A DNA stretch of 63,897 nucleotides, filler included, from Octopus bimaculoides (lineage: Eukaryota): NCBI RefSeq assembly GCF_001194135.2. It is 3 parts of 3 records of this genome, joined end to end, with 100 filler letters (N's around TTAATTAATTAA, not from the genome) between each part and the next. Parts side by side here need not be neighbours in the genome. Positions count along the whole stretch, not along the records: positions 38,792 to 63,897 come from NC_069003.1; 2 more parts are not named here. The stretch is one strand, 5' to 3'. The translations under genes and the position numbers were made by a program. Positions within the stretch are counted from its first letter, which is position 1. Each line of letters starts with the position of its first letter. This document shows, piece by piece, positions 52,700 through 63,897 of this stretch. The notes below the pieces were generated by a model. That model saw nothing but the letters and a program-made list of their open reading frames with translations. It did not search any database and had not been told where the DNA came from.

Positions 52700-53283
52700 T
52701 TAACATCATGCTGAAATGAAATCGATCTAAATTTGTAGACTGGCACCCATGCCATCACCTCTTTCATTGAACACTAAACTCGGCTTGCAAAGACCTGTTG
52801 GGGCAAGTGAAATCATGATGGCACCTGTACCAGTGGAGCACTAAGAGCACCGTCCGAGCGTGATCGTTGCCAGAGCACCAGCTGTCTCGCTTCCATGCCG
52901 GTGGCACGTAACTAGCACCATTTGAGCGTGATCGTTACCAACGTTGCCTCCTTGGCACTTGTGCCAGGGGCACGTGAAAAGACATTCAAGCGAGATCGTT
53001 GCCAGTACTGCTGAACTGGCTCCTGTGCAGGTGGCACGTAAAATACACCATTTCGAGCGTGGCCGTTGCCAATACCTCCTGACTGGCCTTCGTGCCAGTG
53101 GCACGTAAAAGCACCCACTACACTCTCAGAGTGGTTGGTGTTAGGAAGGGCATCCAGCTGTAGAAACTCTGCCAAATCAGATTGGAGCCTGGTGTAGCCA
53201 TCTGGTTCGCCAACCCCCAGTCAAATCGTCAAACCCATGCTAGCATGGAAGGCGGACATTAAATGATGATGATGATGATGATG
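52700..53283 (+). mobile_element. RTE-type LINE/SINE 3' tail ending in (GAT)n; fragments also at 16270-16395, 17240-17430, 41810-42010, 42230-42380, 48120-48340, 51790-51965
   Basis: Recurrent ...GTGGTTGGCGTTAGGAAGGGCATCCAGCTGTA...CCCATGCCAGCATGGAAAGCGGACGTTAAA(TGA)n. The microsatellite 3' end is typical of RTE-clade elements. Confidence 0.7.
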
Positions 53284-54878
53284 TTGAAATTTTCTAAGTC
53301 AAAACCCCAGTCCTGTAATGATTCTGCTACATAACAAAAATGAATGCTAAAAGAAGGGGTTAGAATTTTCTCCTTGATGTTAGATATTCCCTCACTTCCT
53401 TCAAAATGAAGGTAAGTTTGGTTCTTGAGATAAACATTTCACGCTCGGCTCATTGATGTAGCTTCATGTGGCACTGTGTGTTACAACAAGCTAAGAGTTA
53501 ACTAAAGGTAGAACATTAGCCCTTTAGCATTTAAACCAGCCATATTGGGCCCAAGTATTCTACCTATATTTATGTTCAAACTGTCAAGATCCAGCCTCTT
53601 ACACCTACCATACAATGTCATTTTAAAAATACACAGTCATATCACCAAAATCACTAGCATAAGAGATTATACAGGATTAATTCAAAACAGGGTGAAAAAA
53701 AGGGTTAAACATACAAACATAACAATAAAAGAAGTTAGTTTTGACCCTTTAGCACTTAGATTACTCTGTCAAGTGTGTAAAGCTTATTCAACCCCTTAGC
53801 ATTTAAAGAAGCCATAATCCAGACTAAATATTTTACCTGTATAACATTCAAATCATCCAGATCTGGCCTCTCACACCTGACCTAAAATATCATTCTAAAA
53901 CTAAACAGTCACATCATTGAAATCTTGAAGCTAAGAGATAATGCAGGATTAATTCAAAGCAATGTGAACAAATAAATATTAAATTTGACAGAGTAATCTG
54001 AAATCTCAAGGGTTAATCACATTGTCTTGAATTAATCATGTATTATCTTGTAGCTTCAAGATTTTTATGATGTGATTGTTTATTTTTAGAGTGACATTGT
54101 TGGGTAGGTGTGAGGCCAGAACTGGTAATTTTGAACATAAAACAAAGATTATTTCGGTTGAATATGGCTCCTTTAAATGCTAATGGGTTAAAATCCCTTA
54201 TTGGCACTACTTAATTGTTGTAAGGGACAAATAAGACAGTAAATCCCAGCATTGGTTAAGTGGAGTAGTTTAGCTATACTATTACAGAGGATGTAAGTTC
54301 AATTCCCAAAGCATCACAAGTTGTAGAATAATAAAGAGAACATTCCCAGAACTGTGGACAATGGAATGAGATCAGATTAACCCCCTAAGGATTCAATAAA
54401 GGGTTTCGTTGGAAATTCCAAGAACATATCTGAATACAACAGGAACCTGAAAAAGGTCAGAAGGTACAACAGAGGGAAGACTGAATATTTCAACTAAAAT
54501 AAGGACACCAGTTCCAAGATATCAATGTATATATGTGTGTATATACTTTTTAACTTTTACTCATTCCTGTCATTAGTATTCATGTATAATATATATATAT
54601 ATGGATATATATGTATGTGTGTGAAGGTGCATGGCCTGGTGGTTAGGCTGTTGCACTCATGATTGACAGATCTTGGGTTCGATTCCCTGATTTGGCAGCA
54701 CATTGTCTTCTTGAGCAAAACACTTCATTTCACGTTGCTCCAGCCCGCCCCCTTTTTTATTAGGGGCAATGTTAGCCTGCTTGCCTAGCCAGCAAGTTGG
54801 TGTCATTTGAAGACTAAAACAATGCAAAAAGTGCATTGTGACCAGTGATGTGTAACATTTGATAGCCTGGTCAGCCAT

Positions 54879-54928
<50 letters not shown>

Positions 54929-55689
54929 CGGTGCCCCAGCATGACTGCAGTCCAATGATTGAGATCAGTAAACAATAAAGGATGTATATATATATATAAA
55001 TAAATGTACTTAGGTATGTATCAGTGTTTGAGTGTATATGTAAATGTCTATGAAAGCTCTGTTGAAAAATTAATACTGAATTTGGTAATTTTTTTTACAA
55101 CATGGTAATTTGGAGTGTGTATTTATTTATATGGGTGAGTATATATGATATTATATACACTTATATGTGCCTGTGTGTATGTGCTGTGTACATGTTTTTC
55201 AACTCATAAATAATATACACACACACACACATATATTCATAAGAGTGTAACTTTTGCTGTGTATATTATATATATATATATATATGTTAACATACACACA
55301 CCTTGACACACACAAATAGGACAAGCTGTTCAAATAGTAGCCCCACCACCACCACCACACCACACACATGCGCACAGACACATGTAAATCATACAGGTAC
55401 ACTCTGTGGGATATATGCAAATACATGTTTATACATGTGTGCCAAACCAGATATCACACATATCTTGTTGGCAGGTGCCTATATATATATATACATATAT
55501 GTGTGTATATATAATTATATATATGTATACACACACATACACAATATATATATGTATACACACATTCTATATACCTGTGTGTATGGGTATACACACACAC
55601 AAACACTAACTAATACATATAGCTTTTCTTCACCCTATTAAATGCATGCATGCACAAATAATGTACAATTACCTTTTGTCTATACACAT

Positions 55690-55724
<35 letters not shown>

Positions 55725-56002
55725 GACAAGCGTCCACTTTGTTTTGGTTCCAAAAAAGCTTGCTGTAATGTAAAACCAATTCGCCATTGAACTTCCGTCT
55801 ACCACAGGAATTTAATGGGAAATTGGTTCCACAGAACGATATTCCACGTCACACTGAGACTTTCAGCAATGCAATGTTTCTTTAACTTAGAGAATACAAG
55901 CATATATATATATATACATACATGTACACACACACACACACACACACGCTATACCTACACATCTCATACAAAAATGTGTGTTGGTGTATGTTTACAATAT
56001 AT

Positions 56003-56049
<47 letters not shown>

Positions 56050-56115
56050 AACATACATAATATGTATATAACATATATAGGCTATCTTTTGATATGACTC
56101 TCAGAAATTGATTGC

Positions 56116-56152
<37 letters not shown>

Positions 56153-56221
56153 NNNNNNNNNNNNNNNNNNNNNNNNNNNNNNNNNNNNNNNNNNNNNNNN
56201 NNNNNNNNNNNNNNNNNNNNN

Positions 56222-56259
<38 letters not shown>

Positions 56260-56701
56260 ATGCATACAGAAATATGTAAATTTGTATATGTATGTATGAA
56301 TGCATATAACATGTAGATGCAAATGTATATTAATGCGAGTGAGTGCATAAGTTTGCATAAATGTGTATGTGTGTATATATATGTATCCCCAAGATGAACA
56401 CAGAAATGTATATAACATGCATACATGTGTATGTAACATGCAGATAGAAATGCAAATGTGTGTGTGTATGTATACATATATACACACACACACATATATA
56501 TAGGGGCAGGTGCTGAAAAGTTTCTGGCTTTAAAGGTGTCGCAAAAGGCTTGGTTGGAGGCCCAACCATCCGAGTTCTTTTACAGGGCTTGGAAAAACTG
56601 AAGACCTTGCAATAAGTGGGAAATATGTTGAATAAAATCATAATTAACTGATCCTCCTGTATTTTCTTTTACCCAAAGCCAGGAACTGTCCAACAGCCCC
56701 T

Positions 56702-56752
<51 letters not shown>

Positions 56753-57884
56753 NNNNNNNNNNNNNNNNNNNNNNNNNNNNNNNNNNNNNNNNNNNNNNNN
56801 NNNNNNNNNNNNNNNNNNNNNNNNNNNNNNNNNNNNNNNNNNNNNNNNNNNNNNNNNNNNNNNNNNNNNNNNNNNNNNNNNNNNNNNNNNNNNNNNNNNN
56901 NNNNNNNNNNNNNNNNNNNNNNNNNNNNNNNNNNNNNNNNNNNNNNNNNNNNNNNNNNNNNNNNNNNNNNNNNNNNNNNNNNNNNNNNNNNNNNNNNNNN
57001 NNNNNNNNNNNNNNNNNNNNNNNNNNNNNNNNNNNNNNNNNNNNNNNNNNNNNNNNNNNNNNNNNNNNNNNNNNNNNNNNNNNNNNNNNNNNNNNNNNNN
57101 NACAAGTCAACAATTTTGTTTGTACAGTTTTTGGGTTTCATTCTCCCTTTTTTTCACCCCCTTTTCTCTCATAGTTTTACAGTTCAATAATGTTCCTCCT
57201 TTCTGCTCTGCTGCCCTCCAAGCCTCCTTTTAAAATATTCTTCTTTTAAACCCCTCCCCCCCACCTTTAAATATCACATCAGTTTATTTAGATGTGTCTG
57301 TGGAAATGCGTTGTGTATATACATACATACATACACATGCACGTACATGTATGCACATGCATGTGTGTAGAGTTGTAGATATGTATCCTCACAATTGTAG
57401 CAGTCTTTTTTTCTATGTAATGTGTGTTGTGTATGTGTATATATATATATATATACATATATGTGTGAATATATATATACACACATACATACATTCATAC
57501 CTATGAAAATAATATTTTATACACATGCATATAAATGTATGCATATATATGTGCGTTTATATATTATGTGTGTGCGTATATAATGTGTTTCTGTCTGCAA
57601 CATTTATATATATATATAATGTATATATATAGTTACACATAAATATATGTATCAGTCTTATATATATATATGTATATATTTTTAGAAGATTTTACACACA
57701 TTGTCATGTTTATGTTGAGGTATATGTATAAAGTTATGTATATACAGATATGTATACATGTATGTGAGCATGTGTGTATATGTGGCTGTATATATGCATG
57801 TGTATGAAGAATGAGTCGATGAATGTATATGATTATGAGATGTCAAAACAGTAAAGATCAACCCCCCCACCCTGCTAGTCGCTT

Positions 57885-60662
57885 TCATTTGACCAGTCCA
57901 GCTTTTTTGGCCTCTGTCTCGTATATCAACAGTCTCCACATCTTAACCACAAACACCTCTGCTTCCTCGTCCAGTACCATTGCCACATCATTGAGAATGT
58001 TGGCAGGTGTGCTACGGCCCACCACTTTCTGGCAGATGAATTCTGTGAGGGTCGCTTCTTCTTCTCCGATGTATTCGACAATCTTTTTATTAACCCAGGG
58101 TTTGATGCGTTTATCCATGAGGACCTGATCGACGATACTCCAGTCGAGGGAGTAGGCAAATAGTTCCTCCTTGCCGGTCGGAATCTGTTCGATGAGTTGT
58201 TTAATCTGTTGTCGTTTCTCTTCTATGGAGGTGGCCACCTTTTTCTCGGATTTTTCTTCCTCGTAGTCCAGTGGCACAAGCTTGCGTTTACGCTGCGATG
58301 CCTCCGAGGAATAGTCGTCTTGGCCAAATACGTCTCCGATTATGATTTTTTTCCGCTTTGTGTTAGATAGATCGTTGGGGCTGTCAGAAGTGCGTAGTTT
58401 CATGGCATTGAACCCAATTTTCGTGGTAACCTCTTCTTTCACAGCCGGACTGAAAACTGGTTGGGTGTTCATATTTCTGGCAGGACCTGCATTACTGTTA
58501 TTATTTTTGTTGCAGCTGTTACCAGCATCACTTTCTGCATCTTCTACTTCACTTCCGCTGTCTCGATCATCGCACTTTCCATCGGCACCAGTTTTTGAGA
58601 TCTTTCCCTTTCTCTCAGTCTGTGATAAACTGTTGGAATGGGAATTATTTACTTTTGAGGTGACAAGTTTCAAAGTGGCCTGCATGCGTGGCAGAGTTGA
58701 TTTCGAGTCTTCAGATTTCTGTTCCCGCTTATGTGAAGTGGTTGGGGAGTTGTGACGTAGTTTCGGTTCTGGTAAGGGGGGAAGTAAATGTAGTCGAGGT
58801 TTTAAATGCTCATCTCTTTCTCGTTCCATTTTCGCAATTTCACCATCAGGGTCAGCATGACCTTCTTCCATTAATCTTCGCCTAATTTCTTCCAGCTCTT
58901 CTTTTTCTCGTTGTCGGTCCCTTGCATCATTTTCTTTCTCTTTTTCTCGTTCTTTCAGCCGTCTAGACAATGCGCTGCCTCGGTAAAACTTTGGGTCATC
59001 TCTTAAGTCATCATAATCCTCCAAAAACTCTTTTAGCCTCCGTGCTTCTTTATTTTCCTCACATTTCCGGGCCTCTTCTCGATCTTTCTCTTTCTCATAT
59101 TCCTTGCTCTTCTTCCGTTCCCGGGCTTCCCAGTTCCGTAATCTCTCCTGATAAGCTGCCTCTTTCTCACGCAATTTCTTCTCTAGTTTTCTCCTCTCGT
59201 AAGCTTCCTCTTCATCCTCAAGGTCCCAGTCTCTTCCTCGTTTGTCTCCGTCTTTTGATCTTTCACGCGATCTGTCACACGACCTTTCACGAGAGCTGTC
59301 TCTAGACCGGTCCCTGCGTGATCTCGAGCGTGACCTTGACCGGGAGCAAGATCGTGACATACTCCTGGACCAGCTCCGTTCCCTGTGCTCTCGTTCATAA
59401 ACTTTCCCTTTGCGCATCTTCTCCCTTCGCATGCGTTCCTCATGTGCACGTCTGTCTCGTTCTCGATGCCTTGACTTGTCACTGTTTTCGTCTTCCTTGT
59501 GCAAATCTCGGAAACTCTTTATCTCACGGTTAATTATTTCCTTCTTCTCTTCTTCCAACTCCATATCGTCCAAACCTTTATCAGCCTGCACTTTTTCTTC
59601 TTTACTCTTCTTCTGTGCTTGTTTCGCCTCCTTCTCTTGATCAACAGGTGGCTCTTTTGCAAGTTCCTCAGCATAGTCGCGCATGATTGCTTCCAAGCCA
59701 GCTCTCGTCACACAGTCTTCTCTCATGGTTATCTGATCCAAATCATTGACCCTAGCTTCATTGCTAACTTGTTCCTGATATTGTTCTTCAGTCTCTTCGG
59801 CTGGAAGTTTTTCTGATTCTGTTGATGGTTTCTCCAATTCTGTCAGAGGTTTCTCTGTTGTTGGTGGAGATTTCTCAGTTTTATTACTCACATCCCCAGG
59901 GCCACTTGCACACTCATTGCTCTTCTCTCCATCCTTTTTCTCTTTGGTTTCTGTCTCATCTTTTGAGGTTGTCACTTTTGAAGTTCTCTCTTTCGAAGAT
60001 GAATTCTTCTGGCTCTGCTCTAACCATTTATTAAGCTCGTTTTTCTTCTTAGCTTTGTATTCATCCAGCAGCGCTTTGGTTTTGGCGTCGACTTTGACAA
60101 CAAGTTTCTTGTCGTTGATCTGCCATTCATTTAAAAGGCGAATACACCTTAAGGTAGACTCAGGCTCCTCATATTCACAGAATCCGAAACCCTGTAACTT
60201 TCCCGAAGCACCCTGGACTCTTTTCCAACTAAGAATGTTTCCGCATCGTTGTAACATTTCCCTGATCATTGTATCAGGTGATCGCCCGCTTATGTTACCC
60301 ACAAACACGGTGGTCACAGGCGGCTTCTCTTCTTTTGTAAATAATTCTGTCTTTGGAATCTCCTGAGGGATCAACTTCTTGTGATTCTGTTGAAGATGTT
60401 TTTGGCCGGAATTGAACATGGGAGTTGTGGCAGAGGTGATGGAAAGATGATGGGTGGACGAAGACGACACTGAGGGAACAGCTGCGGCCAGGGCTGCAAC
60501 AGCTGTTGTAGTGGACGTTATGATGGGCCTCATGACGGAGGCTGGCGGGATCATACTGACACCCATTGGAACCATTCCCATGGGTGTGAAAGTGTAACTC
60601 TGTGTCATCATACCTGGCGCCATATGAGGCAAGCCTATGGGAGGACCAGGCGGGAACGACAT
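57885..60662 (-). CDS. RBM25: RNA-binding protein 25 (RBM25/Snu71-like), single-exon CDS, 925 aa
   Basis: Starts MSFPP with a Pro/Met-rich region. RRM: TTVFVGNIS...SWKRVQGASGKLQGFGFCEYEEPESTLRCIRLL...KVDAKTK. RE/RD/RS-rich middle. C-terminal PWI domain: IPTGKEELFAYSLDW...RIKPWVNKKIVEYIGEEE...VLDEEAEVFVVKMWRLLIYETEAKK. ORF uninterrupted; ACC precedes the ATG. Confidence 0.96.
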   Translation of the reverse strand: MSFPPGPPIGLPHMAPGMMTQSYTFTPMGMVPMGVSMIPPASVMRPIITSTTTAVAALAAAVPSVSSSSTHHLSITSATTPMFNSGQKHLQQNHKKLIPQEIPKTELFTKEEKPPVTTVFVGNISGRSPDTMIREMLQRCGNILSWKRVQGASGKLQGFGFCEYEEPESTLRCIRLLNEWQINDKKLVVKVDAKTKALLDEYKAKKKNELNKWLEQSQKNSSSKERTSKVTTSKDETETKEKKDGEKSNECASGPGDVSNKTEKSPPTTEKPLTELEKPSTESEKLPAEETEEQYQEQVSNEARVNDLDQITMREDCVTRAGLEAIMRDYAEELAKEPPVDQEKEAKQAQKKSKEEKVQADKGLDDMELEEEKKEIINREIKSFRDLHKEDENSDKSRHRERDRRAHEERMRREKMRKGKVYEREHRERSWSRSMSRSCSRSRSRSRSRRDRSRDSSRERSCDRSRERSKDGDKRGRDWDLEDEEEAYERRKLEKKLREKEAAYQERLRNWEARERKKSKEYEKEKDREEARKCEENKEARRLKEFLEDYDDLRDDPKFYRGSALSRRLKEREKEKENDARDRQREKEELEEIRRRLMEEGHADPDGEIAKMERERDEHLKPRLHLLPPLPEPKLRHNSPTTSHKREQKSEDSKSTLPRMQATLKLVTSKVNNSHSNSLSQTERKGKISKTGADGKCDDRDSGSEVEDAESDAGNSCNKNNNSNAGPARNMNTQPVFSPAVKEEVTTKIGFNAMKLRTSDSPNDLSNTKRKKIIIGDVFGQDDYSSEASQRKRKLVPLDYEEEKSEKKVATSIEEKRQQIKQLIEQIPTGKEELFAYSLDWSIVDQVLMDKRIKPWVNKKIVEYIGEEEATLTEFICQKVVGRSTPANILNDVAMVLDEEAEVFVVKMWRLLIYETEAKKAGLVK

Positions 60663-62219
60663 GGTAGTTATGTATTTGTTAGGAGATCGTAAACAATCGA
60701 GGAAAGAGATCGAAGGAATGTGAGGAGAGAGGGACTAGTGAGAATGGTCGTAGCTCTATGTTCCAACAAAACAACGTCTCTTTAAGGACACCATACAAGG
60801 AAGTGAGGACAGTGAAAAATCAATCCGGAAGAGAGAGAGAGAGAGAGATAGATAGATAGAAAGAGAGAGAGAGAGAGACGAGGCCACCACTGCGAAGCGT
60901 TACCGCTTTTCCCCTTCCCTCTTTCCTTCTACTCACCGACAGCAATTTTCACAGCTTCAACACTTCTTTTTTTGTTAAGCAAGTCTCTCTACTATCATCA
61001 CCAGCAACACCTTCAACATCATTAACACCAACCACACTCTTTAAAATTTTTTTTTCTCCAACCCCCCCAGACGTTCATCTATTTTGAAAGCAGATCAGAT
61101 TTTCTTTTCGCTTCTGCTTCTTTTTCTTTTAGTTTCTATTTTTATATCTATCATCATCATCATCGCCATGATCATCAATAACAAGAAGAAAAAAGAGGAA
61201 GAGGAAAAGCAAACATAAGTCTTGTCGTCAGCATCATATCGATATCTCACCTTTCCCGCAAATAATTCTTGTTCAAAACCTTGTTCATATATATATATAT
61301 TTGCGAGAGCTTGGTTTTATATTTGTATATATAATCCCTGCTGTTTTTTAAAATTTCCTTTTTACGTTTCTTTTCACCTGTGGAAGAAAATGTTTACCGC
61401 ACCTTTAAATTATTACGGTCCGTCATTTTAAAAATAAACACTCCACTTGTCTTGTTTTTATATGCATGTACATATAAATAAATATATATAAATATGATAT
61501 ATTTATAGACAATATATATACATGTAATNNNNNNNNNNNNNNNNNNNNNNNNNNNNNNNNNNNNNNNNNNNNNNNNNNNNNNNNNNNNNNNNNNNNNNNN
61601 NNNNNNNNNNNNNNNNNNNNNNNNNNNNNNNNNNNNNNNNNNNNNNNNNNNNNNNNNNNNNNNNNNNNNNNNNNNNNNNNNNNNNNNNNNNNNNNNNNNN
61701 NNNNNNNNNNNNNNNNNNNNNNNNNNNNNNNNNNNNNNNNNNNNNNNNNNNNNNNNNNNNNNNNNNNNNNNNNNNNNNNNNNNNNNNNNNNNNNNNNNNN
61801 NNNNNNNNNNNNNNNNNNNNNNNNNNNNNNNNNNNNNNNNNNNNNNNNNNNNNNNNNNNNNNNNNNNNNNNNNNNNNNNNNNNNNNNNNNNNNNNNNNNN
61901 NNNNNNNNNNNNNNNNNNNNNNNNNNNNNNNNNNNNNNNNNNNNNNNNNNNNNNNNNNNNNNNNNNNNNNNNNNNNNNNNNNNNNNNNNNNNNNNNNNNN
62001 NNNNNNNNNNNNNNNNNNNNNNNNNNNNNNNNNNNNNNNNNNNNNNNNNNNNNNNNNNNNNNNNNNNNNNNNNNNNNNNNNNNNNNNNNNNNNNNNNNNN
62101 NNNNNNNNNNNNNNNNNNNNNNNNNNNNNNNNNNNNNNNNNNNNNNNNNNNNNNNNNNNNNNNNNNNNNNNNNNNNNNNNNNNNNNNNNNNNNNNNNNNN
62201 NNNNNNNNNNNNNNNNNNN

Positions 62220-62286
<67 letters not shown>

Positions 62287-62439
62287 AATGTGTGTGTATA
62301 TATAGCGTTGTTGTTTAAAATCCGTTATTTCCTGCTCCAATAATGAAATCCGTATCCGTAGTTTTACAAAAAAATAAACCTGCCGTATCTTCTACACGTA
62401 TTTCTGTTTCTATGAGCAGCAGGCAGGCAGTAGGTGGGC

Positions 62440-62950
62440 CAACCGTGGCCCACGTAAACCTTCTCTTGGCCTAAATGCGTTACGGCAGCTCTCGACGTAC
62501 ACAATAATGTACAACGGAAGTCGTCAACTTTGGTGTCTTCTTTCACACGAGAGCGGAACTGACGCCATCACATACTTTCCAGTTGTCAACCATTTCCTTT
62601 TTCTTTCTCTCTTTCTCATGAAATTTTGTTATATTTGCTGTTATTGTTGTCTTATTATCTCCTACAACCTCTGTCTATCATTTTCTCGCTACGCTATCAT
62701 ATCCTTCTGCTTTTGTGATTATATATTTCCTACACTGTCTCTCCGCCGTCGCATTCATGTTTTTGTCGTCTTCCCCGCCTCTGTACTTTTCTTTCTTTAA
62801 ACTTGGCGAGACACGATTTGACGTCACTTCCGGTCCGGTTTCGTTTTACCCTCCTCTCCCTCTTCTGTCCGCTCTCTTCACCCTCCTCTCTCTTCCCTTT
62901 CCTTTCTTTCTTTTTTTTTTTGCTTTTTTTTCTCTATACGACGCGGAAAC
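62440..62950. promoter_or_regulatory. CpG-rich housekeeping-type promoter upstream of RBM25, possibly bidirectional
   Basis: Exact CCGGAAGTGACGTCA on the minus strand (62819-62833), plus degenerate GCGGAACTGACGCCA (62553-62567) and CGGAAGTCGTCA (62515-62526). Candidate minus-strand 5'UTR intron from donor CAG|GTTTAT (62379) to acceptor TTTTCTTCCACAG| (61378). Confidence 0.6.
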
Positions 62951-63152
62951 GAAAAGTCCTTGTTTCTGTTTTTTCCACCCTGCACAATTCACCTTTCCCC
63001 CTTATCCTACTTCACCCATCCGTGTGTACGTGTGTGTGAGTGTATGTGTACACACACACACAATCATATTTACATACCAAAATTTAGACACTGACATATA
63101 ATACATATATATGTTTATGTATATGCATGCATGTGTGTGTGTGTACATATGT

Positions 63153-63195
<43 letters not shown>

Positions 63196-63248
63196 CGATA
63201 TATGTGCGAGTGTGTATGTGTATGTATTTATATACATACATATATATG

Positions 63249-63279
<31 letters not shown>

Positions 63280-63897
63280 CATACATACACATACATACAT
63301 ACATGCATACATATGCGTGTGCATAACACACAGATATATAATAGATATATAATATCTATAATATAACACAGAGATATATAATACATACACCGATATAATT
63401 CTCTTTCCATGTTGCATATCGCTCTTATTCTACTTTATTCTGTCTTCCCTGTTTTTCTTTCGGCGTTTCTATATTTATATGTGTATCCACACTCATTCAA
63501 CTACATCCTACAGCCGGTTACTGAGCGTGACACCGAACCACACACACACTCGTACACGCACGCATACAAGCACAGACGCACTTAACAGTCTGGTTAACGA
63601 CTTTATTACATGTAAGAATATATATATACACACATACGCACGCACACACACATACTTTACAGTTAGCAGAAGTAACAACATATACATATACTCCCATCTA
63701 TTTTTGCATACATACGCGCACACTCACACTCTCACACACATCTAAACGCAAGCATGCACACACGCAAGCATACACACTGACACATACATATTCACACACC
63801 CTCAAACAGACACATACACACGTAAAAGTAGTATCCTAATACATCGAATAGCGGAACGGCCACACACGTATAGAATCACACACACACACACACACAC

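Noticed and set aside
53384-53411. TCCTTGATGTTAG|ATATTCCC...AAG|GTAAGT as PTEN exon 2
   Set aside because: Reads YIPSLPSK*, is unlike PTEN, and the branch site is too close to the AG.
58342-60366. Several plus-strand ORFs opposite RBM25
   Set aside because: Antisense shadows of a purine-rich coding strand.
1-63897. CRISPR arrays, rRNA or true tRNA genes
   Set aside because: Eukaryotic DNA; all tRNA-like sequences are SINE heads without a full cloverleaf, and no repeat-spacer array was seen.

Overview
AT-rich, microsatellite-dense animal genomic DNA with many N gaps. The SINE types and (AT)n/(CA)n load suggest an octopus-like cephalopod; this is inference. Two 100-nt joins (N44-TTAATTAATTAA-N44 at 27942-28041 and 38692-38791) split the window into three blocks whose order and orientation are not guaranteed. 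Two genes are recognisable. (1) PTEN coding exon 1 (7045-7123, +) is followed by a U12-type GTATCCTTT donor; no later PTEN exon is visible. (2) A complete, intronless 925-aa RBM25 ORF (57885-60662, -) lies downstream of a CpG-rich promoter containing an exact ETS-CRE composite motif. The rest is mostly transposon-derived: two tRNA-headed SINE families, RTE-type tails, hAT, piggyBac and mariner MITEs, a decayed mariner, a Hero/NeSL-like 3' end and long foldbacks. The most unusual signal is a set of minimal type-I hammerhead-ribozyme motifs with palindromic stem III, of the Penelope/retrozyme style, at 26370, 45478, 46578, 46976-47850 (two inverted pairs) and 52033. One is joined in inverted orientation to a tRNA-derived head. 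Nearly all other ORFs in the supplied track are microsatellite, gap or SINE artefacts.
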